Below are positions 33,899-42,259 of a stretch of DNA of 64,000 bases, one piece after another. The position numbers and the translations under genes were made by a program. Each line of letters starts with the position of its first letter. Position 1 is the first letter of the stretch. The notes under the pieces were generated by a model. It was not told the origin of the DNA. It ran no database searches and saw nothing but the letters and a program-made list of their open reading frames with translations. The DNA comes from an uncultured Verrucomicrobiae bacterium (GTDB lineage: Bacteria; Verrucomicrobiota; Verrucomicrobiia; Chthoniobacterales; UBA10450): the NCBI GenBank assembly GCA_963735805.1, contig CAVTMK010000004.1:160001-224000 (forward strand), written 5' to 3'.

Positions 33899-34120
33899 TG
33901 AATTCTGATTTTCCCTTCGAATCCGAAACGCGTTTCGGGTTAACGGGACCTGTGCCTTATCGCGGCGATCTGTTTTGATCCACTCGTCGATTCAGCAAAC
34001 AGATCTCACTATAAAAATCGGCGCTCGCGGCCTTTTTGGCTGTAGCCGGCAGGATGACAGAGTCGCCAGTTGCATCGCATTATTTTGAAAACGCCGGCCC
34101 TCAACTTAGAATTCGCGCAC

Positions 34121-35818
34121 ATGAAACGAAATTTCCTTTGGTTTGGCGTGTTGGTAACAATTGTGTGCACAATGTTCGCTCAAGATCATTCACCATCCCC
34201 ACCGGTGGATTTTGACGTCATCATTAAAGGCGGCACGGTTTATGACGGGACGGGCGCCGAGGCGAAGCAGGCTGACGTTGCAATTCGTGGCGATCGAATT
34301 GCGGGTATCGGCGATTTCAAGACAGCAAAGGCAAAGAGCATTATCGATGCGAAAGGACTCGCGGTAGCTCCCGGGTTTATCAACATGCTTTCGTGGTCTA
34401 CCGAATCGCTGATTCAAGATGGCCGTTCGCAGAGTGAGATTCGGCAGGGGGTGACCACGGAGATCATGGGCGAAGGCGAATCGATGGGTCCCATCAACGA
34501 TCGTGTGCGCGAACACAAGATTCGTCAGCAAACGGACATTAAATACGACATTACATGGAACACGCTCGCGGAATACCTGCAGTACCTCGAAAAACGCGGC
34601 GTGTCGTGCAATGTGGCGTCGTTCATCGGCGCCACGACGATTCGCGAATACGTGATCGGATTCGAGGATAAGGCACCGACACCAGATCAACTCGATCAAA
34701 TGCGCGAACTGGTGCGCAAGGAAATGGAAGCCGGCGCACTGGGGATTGGCACTTCGTTGATCTATCCCCCCGCATTTTACGCGAAGACCGAGGAACTGAT
34801 TGAGCTCTGCAAGGTCGCCGCGAAATACCAGGGCAAATACATCTCGCACATGCGGAGCGAGGGTAGCCGCGTGCTTGAGGCGCTTGATGAATTAATTCGC
34901 ATCAGCCGCGAGGCAAAAATTCCGGCGGAAGTCTATCACATCAAAGTTTCTGGCCGGCAGAACTGGCCAAAGATTAACGATCTGCTTTCGCGAATCGAAG
35001 CGGCCCAGCGGGAGGGACTAAAAATCACCGCTGATATGTACACCTATACCGCCGGAGGAACCGGGCTCGATGCATCGCTTCCGCCCTGGACCGAAGACGG
35101 CGGTTATCCTGCGTTATTCAAGCGGCTACGCGATCCGGCGACGCGCGAGAAAATCAAGGCCGAGGTCCAGAAACCTACCGGCGCGTGGGAAAACCTTTAT
35201 CTGGACGCTGGAGGCCCGGAGCACATTCTTTTGGTAGAGTTCAAATCCGAAAAACTGAAGCCCCTTACCGGAAAAACACTGGCTGAGGTGGCCAGGATGC
35301 GCGGCAAAGATCCTATCGACACCGCGATGGATTTGATAGCAGAAGACGAATCGCGTGTCGGCACACTTTATTTCATCATGTCGGAAGAGAACGTGAAGAA
35401 AGAATTCGTGAAGCCGTGGATTTCTTTTGGCTCTGATGAAGCTTCGCAGGCACCTGAGGGCGTTTTCCTGAAATCGAATCCACATCCGCGCGCTTACGGA
35501 AATTTCGCGCGCGTCCTAGGCAAATATGGGCGTGACGAAAAACTGATTCCTATAAATGAAGCTGTTCGAAGACTGAGTGGTCTTCCTGCAACCAATCTGG
35601 GGCTCGATCATCGCGGGTTTCTCAGGGAAGGGATGTTTGCCGACGTTGTAGTGTTTGATCCCTCGACAATCACCGATCGTGCCACGTACGAGAAACCGCA
35701 TCAATATGCAGTCGGTATGAAGCACGTTTTCGTAAACGGTGTACAAGTACTCAAGGACGGAGAACACACCGGCGCGAAACCGGGCCGTGCCTTGTGGGGC
35801 CCGGGAAAAGTGAGATAA
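34121..35818 (+). CDS. N-acyl-D-amino-acid deacylase (D-aminoacylase family)
   Basis: Signal peptide; IKGGTVYDG, APGFIN, SHMRSE, HPRAYGNF and ADVVVFD motifs. Confidence 0.9.
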   Translation: MKRNFLWFGVLVTIVCTMFAQDHSPSPPVDFDVIIKGGTVYDGTGAEAKQADVAIRGDRIAGIGDFKTAKAKSIIDAKGLAVAPGFINMLSWSTESLIQDGRSQSEIRQGVTTEIMGEGESMGPINDRVREHKIRQQTDIKYDITWNTLAEYLQYLEKRGVSCNVASFIGATTIREYVIGFEDKAPTPDQLDQMRELVRKEMEAGALGIGTSLIYPPAFYAKTEELIELCKVAAKYQGKYISHMRSEGSRVLEALDELIRISREAKIPAEVYHIKVSGRQNWPKINDLLSRIEAAQREGLKITADMYTYTAGGTGLDASLPPWTEDGGYPALFKRLRDPATREKIKAEVQKPTGAWENLYLDAGGPEHILLVEFKSEKLKPLTGKTLAEVARMRGKDPIDTAMDLIAEDESRVGTLYFIMSEENVKKEFVKPWISFGSDEASQAPEGVFLKSNPHPRAYGNFARVLGKYGRDEKLIPINEAVRRLSGLPATNLGLDHRGFLREGMFADVVVFDPSTITDRATYEKPHQYAVGMKHVFVNGVQVLKDGEHTGAKPGRALWGPGKVR

Positions 35819-35928
35819 GTGCCGCGGCCCCATTTGAATTGGTTTTCGATTAAAAAGAAAGGCGGCACGGCATCGCCATTGAAAATGGCGGGCAGAGGAT
35901 CGAATTTAAGTGTTACATCGATTCACCA

Positions 35929-36339
35929 ATGGACCCAATTAGAAACATTAAGCTTCGCTGGTTGCATGGCGCGCTGCACGACCTGACCTCGGAGCTGTCA
36001 CATTTGCAATTTTCCCAATTTGCGCCGCATGCCTGGGAGCCGGCCATCAATGCGTACCGCTGCGAAGAATCCATTCGTATTTGCGTCGATTTGGCGGGTG
36101 TTGAACGTGCGCTCATTGATCTCACGGTCGAGCCGCGACGGCTGCTGATTCGCGGCACCCGCGAGCTTCCCGAGCCGACCGACGACGAAGGGTGCGCGCT
36201 GCAATTGCTGGCGATGGAAATCGATTATGGCCCGTTCATACGCGAAGTGCCGTTGCCTGCCGAAGTGGAAGTCGAACAAGCACACGCCGAGCAACGAAAC
36301 GGGCTGCTTTGGATTTCGCTGCCCCTAAAGGAATCATGA
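35929..36339 (+). CDS. Hsp20/alpha-crystallin family small heat-shock protein
   Basis: W.PAIN, VDLAGV, EIDYGPF.R and NGLLWISLP motifs. Confidence 0.88.
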   Translation: MDPIRNIKLRWLHGALHDLTSELSHLQFSQFAPHAWEPAINAYRCEESIRICVDLAGVERALIDLTVEPRRLLIRGTRELPEPTDDEGCALQLLAMEIDYGPFIREVPLPAEVEVEQAHAEQRNGLLWISLPLKES

Positions 36340-38774
36340 GCGCAAAAGAACTCAGCACGTTACGGGCCAGCGTCGATTCCAAACCAGGAACGGAGAGCAC
36401 CATCGCCGCAGGAACAGGCGAAAGCCAGATACCGCATATCCCTGAGGAGCTATCAATCCTGCCAGTGCGCGGAATCGTCATTTTTCCGGGGACGATTATT
36501 CCGCTGAATGTCCAGCGCGCGGCGTCGCTTAAGCTTCTCGACGACACTTTGCCGCGAACAAAAGTGATTGGGCTGCTGACACAGCGTGATGAGAGCAAGG
36601 AAGATCCGACGTCACAGGACCTCTACACAGTTGGCACGGCCGCGCTGGTGCTCAAGCTGATTCGCCAGACAGAGGACAATGTCCTGGTGATCGTGCAAGG
36701 GCTTCGTCGCCTTTCGCTTCGCAAAATCGTCGCTACGTCGCCGTTTCTCCGGGCCGAGGTCGATTTGCCTCAGTCTATAGTACCGCCGGAGAGCAAGGAA
36801 TGGGAAGCTACGTTCCGGAACTTGCGTGATTCGGCTGCGAGACTGTTCGAACTGTCCCCGGACGCGCCGGAACAAGCGCGCCTGATGATCTTGAACATCG
36901 AGAGTCCGGAACAGCTGGCTGATTTTCTCGCGCCGAACCTAAACGTGGACGTTCCGCAGAAGCAGGCATTACTCGAGGAGCTCGACGTAGAGAAGCGGGT
37001 CCGCGCAATTCAAAAACAAATTTCCGCGCAACTTGAGATCGCCGAGATCCAGCAAAGACTGCAAAAAGATGTGGCGTCGCAATTTTCCGATGCACAACGG
37101 CGGGCGTATCTGCGTTCGCAGATCAAAGCAATTCAACGCGAACTGGGAGAAGCCGAAGGTGGCGGCGAGGAACAGGCCGAGCAATTGCGCGCCCGCGTGA
37201 AGGAAGCCAACCCACCGGAGGAAGTGATGAAGCAAGCTGAGCGCGAATTGAAGCGACTCGACTTTATTCCCTCAGCCAGCCCGGAGTTCTCCGTCATTGT
37301 CAGTTATATCGAGATCATTGCCGATTTGCCCTGGAATAAATTGAGCCAGGACAATCTGGATCTCGACCAGGCACAGAAAATTCTCGATCGCGATCATTAC
37401 GATCTGGAAAAAGTTAAGAAACGCCTGATCGAATATCTGGCAGTCCGCAAACTCAATCCGCAGGGGCACGGCGCGATTCTCTGTTTTCTTGGCCCCCCTG
37501 GCGTGGGCAAAACCAGTCTTGGACAGTCGATTGCCGATGCGCTTGGTCGAAAATTTATCCGGATCAGCCTGGGCGGTATGCGCGACGAAGCCGAAATCCG
37601 TGGTCATCGTCGCACGTACATCGGCTCGATGCCCGGCCGTATCATTCAGGAATTGCGCCGGTGTGGGACGCGTAATCCTGTCTTTATGCTGGACGAGCTC
37701 GACAAGATCGGCGCGGATTTTCGGGGAGATCCGGCAAGTGCATTGCTCGAAGTGCTCGACCCGCGGCAAAACGACAAGTTTGTCGATCGCTATCTCGACG
37801 TGCCGTTCGATCTCTCACAGGTGATTTTCATCGGTACCGCTAATTACATTGAAGGCATTCCGGGCCCGTTGCGGGATCGGATTGAAGTAATCTCTCTACC
37901 CGGTTACACCGAGCGCGAGAAACTTGAGATCGCCAAGCGATATCTCGTGAAGCGGCAAATGGAGGAAAACGGACTTAAGCTCGAGCAAATCGAATGGCAG
38001 GATGAAGCGATCCGCCAGATCATTAACGATTACACGCACGAAGCAGGCGTCCGCGAACTGGAACGTCAAATCGCGTCTGTTTGTCGTGGAATTGCATCGC
38101 AGGTCGCGCGTGGAAAAATCGAGCGCGTAATGGTCACGCCCGAGCTGGTAGGAGAAATGCTGGGCCCGGCGAAGTATGTGCGCGAGACCAGACTAAAGAC
38201 GAGCAAGGCCGGGGTTGTTACGGGTTTGGCTTACACGCCTACCGGCGGCGAAGTTCTGCACATCGAAGCGACACGTTATCCCGGCAAGGGCAATATCACG
38301 CTTACCGGACAAATCGGCGAGGTAATGAAAGAATCCGTCCAGGCTGCGCTGAGTCTTCTTCGCAGTCGCGACGGACAATTGGGCGTGAATTCTGAAGATT
38401 TTCGCAAGATGGACATTCACGTGCACGTACCGGCTGGCGCGGTTCCAAAAGACGGGCCATCCGCGGGAATCGCCATGTTCACCGCGCTGGCGTCATTGTT
38501 CAGCAACACTCCCGTGCGACCGGAGGTCGCTATGACTGGCGAAATCACTTTGCGCGGTCTGGTTCTGCCTATCGGGGGGTTGAAGGAAAAAAGTCTCGCG
38601 GCGATGCGTGCCGGGATATCTACGGTGATTATCCCCAAGTTGAACGAGAAAGATCTCGTCGATGTTCCGGAGGAAGCGAAACAAAAACTCAAATTCGTCC
38701 CGGTCGAAAATGTGGATGAAGTGCTGGCTGTAGCGTTGGAGAAGAACGCAGGCACGGCTTCGTCAGGCAACTGA
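36336..38774 (+). CDS. lon: ATP-dependent protease La
   Basis: LON N-domain, GPPGVGKTS, RRTYIG, PKDGPSAG and GGLKEK motifs; ATG at 36336 overlaps the hsp20 stop. Confidence 0.97.
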   Translation: MSAKELSTLRASVDSKPGTESTIAAGTGESQIPHIPEELSILPVRGIVIFPGTIIPLNVQRAASLKLLDDTLPRTKVIGLLTQRDESKEDPTSQDLYTVGTAALVLKLIRQTEDNVLVIVQGLRRLSLRKIVATSPFLRAEVDLPQSIVPPESKEWEATFRNLRDSAARLFELSPDAPEQARLMILNIESPEQLADFLAPNLNVDVPQKQALLEELDVEKRVRAIQKQISAQLEIAEIQQRLQKDVASQFSDAQRRAYLRSQIKAIQRELGEAEGGGEEQAEQLRARVKEANPPEEVMKQAERELKRLDFIPSASPEFSVIVSYIEIIADLPWNKLSQDNLDLDQAQKILDRDHYDLEKVKKRLIEYLAVRKLNPQGHGAILCFLGPPGVGKTSLGQSIADALGRKFIRISLGGMRDEAEIRGHRRTYIGSMPGRIIQELRRCGTRNPVFMLDELDKIGADFRGDPASALLEVLDPRQNDKFVDRYLDVPFDLSQVIFIGTANYIEGIPGPLRDRIEVISLPGYTEREKLEIAKRYLVKRQMEENGLKLEQIEWQDEAIRQIINDYTHEAGVRELERQIASVCRGIASQVARGKIERVMVTPELVGEMLGPAKYVRETRLKTSKAGVVTGLAYTPTGGEVLHIEATRYPGKGNITLTGQIGEVMKESVQAALSLLRSRDGQLGVNSEDFRKMDIHVHVPAGAVPKDGPSAGIAMFTALASLFSNTPVRPEVAMTGEITLRGLVLPIGGLKEKSLAAMRAGISTVIIPKLNEKDLVDVPEEAKQKLKFVPVENVDEVLAVALEKNAGTASSGN

Positions 38775-38926
38775 CGTCAAAAGCGTGGAGACGATCCTCC
38801 CGGAAGCTTTATCCCTGAAGGCGGTTTGTCGCTTCTTCCCGCGCTTCTTGTAAGACGGAGCCCGGACCGAACGATTTCGCACAGGGCAACGATAATCGAA
38901 AGAGACGGCGTTCTATCTGCATCGGG

Positions 38927-41086
38927 TCACGGTGACACCAGGCTCCAACCAATGGGGACAGTTGGGCCTGCGACGCCATTGACGAAAACGTTGTTATTGA
39001 GATGCCAAATCGCTGTTTGACGAGTAGCGCCGTTGTAAAGCAGGTAGTCGGGTTTCCCATCACCATCAAAATCGGCTGTGGCTACCAAAGCCCAGTTGCC
39101 TGGAACCGTCGGCCCCCAGGCTGCACCAATAAGAGTTGTTCCGGATAAATAGGCGATAGCTGTGTAACCGGAACTCGGATGAAATAGGAGATAATCTGGA
39201 TGGCCATCGCCATTGAAATCCGCTACGCCCACTAACGTCCAGCCGCTCGGGAGGCTTGGACCAACATCGCCACCGACCAAAACATTATTATTGAGATACC
39301 AGACCGCGGTTTGATGGGTGCTGGTTTTGTAAAGCACGTAATCGGGGTTGCCATCCGCGTTAAAATCGGCCGCCCCGACTAACTCCCAGCCATTGGGAAG
39401 AGTCGGCCCGAAATCGCCCCCAACAAAGATTGGTCCAGACAGATACCAAATTGCTGTCTGACTCGTACTAGGAGCGAACAACGCATAATCTGAATGACTG
39501 TCGAGATCGAAATCGGCCACAGCCCTCAACCCCCAGCCTGGTGCAAGAGCTGGGCCGTACGCGGAGCCGATAAAAACATTGTTATTCAGATACCAGATCG
39601 CGGTTTGGCGTGTGTTGGCATCATGAAGCACGTAGTCTGGTTTACCGTCGCTGTTAAAGTCGCCTACTACAGCCCGTTTTACTGGGGGTGGTGCCGGCGG
39701 GGAAATCCGAACGTAATAGATGTCTTCTTCGAGATTGAAGGTTGCGCAGTATGCGACATTTGCTCCAGCGTTGTCGGAAACGATCGCGATGTAGTCGCCG
39801 ATCTTGTTCTGATTCGGGTAGCCGAGGAACGGGTTAAACGAGGAGCTGACTGCGACACTGGGCGACCAGGTATTTCCTCCGTCGAAGCTGGACGAATAGA
39901 AGAGTTGGGAGTTCGTATTGTTCGCCGCGTTGCGCGTGTCGAACCAAACAGCATCGATTCGGCCATTGGGCGCGACTGAAAGCGTTCCGAACCAGTGCCA
40001 CTTCGCATGATTTACAGGATCATCATTGATTCGGCGCGGCGCGCTGAACGTCTGGCCTCCGTTGGTGCTGCGTGCGAACATCACGTCACTACCATTGGTA
40101 GCGCCGGTAGGCTGGACGCTCGCAAGCATGTAAACGTTGTTGTTCGTGCTCGTGCCGGACCGATCCACTGCCAGATAAACCTGGCCGACTAGTCCTTCCG
40201 GATTGATCGGCTCGCTAAAGGCGATATGACCGCCAAGATTTACCGCAGTGCTTCGATCGAAGGTTGGGGTAACAGCGCCGTTCTTTGCGTTGGTGGAGCG
40301 AATACACCAAATCTGATTGGTGTTCAGGTTTACGCCGCCAATGAAAAGATTCCCATTTGAATCGACGTCCAGTGTGCCCCACGCAGGAGTGTTTGGAATG
40401 TTGATCGGGTTCAACCAGGTAAGTCCGCCATTAATTGAGCGGCTGAATTGTCTGCCGCCATAATTATTTCCGTCGGTGCTCCAGAATTGATACTGAAATC
40501 CGTGCCCTGTGCTGTTGGTGTTATCGATGGTAAACCACTGTTTATCGCCTCCATCGGCCGCAGCAATATTCGTCCACGATTGACCGCCATTGAGCGATCG
40601 CCACAAGTCGTCGAAAAAATTCTGGAGAAGACTAAGATAAAAAAAACGGCCGGTGTTGTCCGAGTTGAGAACTGGATCACTACGAAAAACGTTACGTTGA
40701 AGAACGCCTCGGTTAATCCATGTCCTCCCGCCATTGGCCGTATACGCGGAACCCGCCTGGCGAAAGTTTGACGCCACGCTATCAAATTGTCTCCAGCCGA
40801 TGCTCATCTTGTTTCCGTTTGTCGGATTAACGCAAATGGAGGGCTCATTCGCGGCGTCGCCAACGATGTTGTTACCACTCGCGTTCACGTTGACCTGATA
40901 GCTTGTGTAAGGACCAAACTGCGACACCAACGCTGGCGAAATGGCTACGGCCGGCGCGAACGGCGGCGGATTATCGTATTTCTCCAGTGGCTCTTTTGGG
41001 AGCGGCTTTGGTGCCAGGGTCTGACTCGAAACGGTAGCGACTACAGACAAAAGAACCATACAACTGTGCAGGTTCGCCCGTGACAT
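38927..41086 (-). CDS. Secreted BNR/Asp-box (sialidase-like) propeller with C-terminal FG-GAP-like repeats
   Basis: Signal peptide; repeated S.(N/D)GG.TW boxes; five DF(N/D).DG.PDY.L...TAIWYL repeats; likely start MSRANL. Confidence 0.8.
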   Translation of the reverse strand: MSRANLHSCMVLLSVVATVSSQTLAPKPLPKEPLEKYDNPPPFAPAVAISPALVSQFGPYTSYQVNVNASGNNIVGDAANEPSICVNPTNGNKMSIGWRQFDSVASNFRQAGSAYTANGGRTWINRGVLQRNVFRSDPVLNSDNTGRFFYLSLLQNFFDDLWRSLNGGQSWTNIAAADGGDKQWFTIDNTNSTGHGFQYQFWSTDGNNYGGRQFSRSINGGLTWLNPINIPNTPAWGTLDVDSNGNLFIGGVNLNTNQIWCIRSTNAKNGAVTPTFDRSTAVNLGGHIAFSEPINPEGLVGQVYLAVDRSGTSTNNNVYMLASVQPTGATNGSDVMFARSTNGGQTFSAPRRINDDPVNHAKWHWFGTLSVAPNGRIDAVWFDTRNAANNTNSQLFYSSSFDGGNTWSPSVAVSSSFNPFLGYPNQNKIGDYIAIVSDNAGANVAYCATFNLEEDIYYVRISPPAPPPVKRAVVGDFNSDGKPDYVLHDANTRQTAIWYLNNNVFIGSAYGPALAPGWGLRAVADFDLDSHSDYALFAPSTSQTAIWYLSGPIFVGGDFGPTLPNGWELVGAADFNADGNPDYVLYKTSTHQTAVWYLNNNVLVGGDVGPSLPSGWTLVGVADFNGDGHPDYLLFHPSSGYTAIAYLSGTTLIGAAWGPTVPGNWALVATADFDGDGKPDYLLYNGATRQTAIWHLNNNVFVNGVAGPTVPIGWSLVSP

Positions 41087-41547
41087 CGCCCCATGATTAT
41101 AACTCCATTTGTGCTTCAGAGCGATTGAGAAAATCGGGGCGACAATCGACGCCTCTTTCCGGAGTTGGTTTCGATCAATTAACAACTTTCGCTGTCGCGT
41201 CCTGCGACTGCTCATTCACGAAAATGACATGGAAACGTCACCATTTTTTTGCAAGGTCGTCATCTGTTTGTAACGCCGGACTGCGATGGTGGACTCATCC
41301 ACGAGATGAACCAATCGCAAGGTTATTTGCTACCGATGGGTTAGGTCGCGCCACAGATAGACCCATAGCCGGGCGTCTCCGGATTGAAATTCTCCGGGGG
41401 CGCCCGTTGCTTTTTAGCGCAACTAACAACTGGCAGACGGATCGACTTCTCTGAAGACGCTGGCAAACGGTACCGGCCAAACGGCGGCCAGGTTATCCAA
41501 CGTGCTGAGGAGTCGCACCGGCGACCGTTCGCCTGATACACGAACCT

Positions 41548-42195
41548 TCACCACGCTTCCGTGTTCGCTCTTTGTTCGATTTGTTCGAGACTCGGGTCGG
41601 AATTGCGAATCCAATCACGAGCTTCGTTGATTTCAGTCGGATTGACCGGAATCGCTCGTGGAATCGGCTCGGCCCGTGCGACTAATTGCCCTTCGAACTT
41701 CACCGGTTTTGCGCGTTTGATCTGAAATTTCCAGTGGTGCCCAAATTTATAGAGCGCATAAAACATGGTCTTGGCTTCAATCGCGCTCACCCCGCCGCAA
41801 CGCATTGCGTAGTAGAACATGCGGTCGCAATCCTGCCAGGGTCGCTTCTTGTCTCCATACGCGACATCGTGCAACACCGAGGCGTTGCGATATCTTCCTT
41901 CGAACGGGCCGCCCATGAACGACCAGAGGTAACGCGGAATAGATGCACCATCGACAACTGATCCAATCGGGGCGACCCAAACGTTACCAGTCGGATCAGT
42001 GTAACGTAATTCAGTTAACAGCGTCATTGTTCGCCCGTCTGGATTCCATTTGGTCACTGGCTCGCCGTCGAAATAACCCCATTTGGTCGCGCCCGGGATG
42101 GTTTGATCGGTTCCTGGTGGCTCTGAACGCGACGCGCACGCGACAAAACCCGCGACGAAAAACACCAGTAACTGAATGGTTTTTCTGTTTTCCAT
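41548..42195 (-). CDS. DUF1353-domain lipoprotein
   Basis: FVAC lipobox; DGASIPR..W...G.PF.G.Y..ASVLHD..Y and D.MFY.AM motifs. Confidence 0.8.
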   Translation of the reverse strand: MENRKTIQLLVFFVAGFVACASRSEPPGTDQTIPGATKWGYFDGEPVTKWNPDGRTMTLLTELRYTDPTGNVWVAPIGSVVDGASIPRYLWSFMGGPFEGRYRNASVLHDVAYGDKKRPWQDCDRMFYYAMRCGGVSAIEAKTMFYALYKFGHHWKFQIKRAKPVKFEGQLVARAEPIPRAIPVNPTEINEARDWIRNSDPSLEQIEQRANTEAW

Positions 42196-42259
42196 GTGAG
42201 ATCCAAAACGTTTAGCGTGCAACGCTCAACATTCAACCCCTGACCTGGCCCTTCGCACC

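Noticed and set aside
35861..35878. Possible sigma-54 promoter before hsp20 (GGCACGGCATCGC)
   Set aside because: GG-to-GC spacing is 9 nt, not the required 10.
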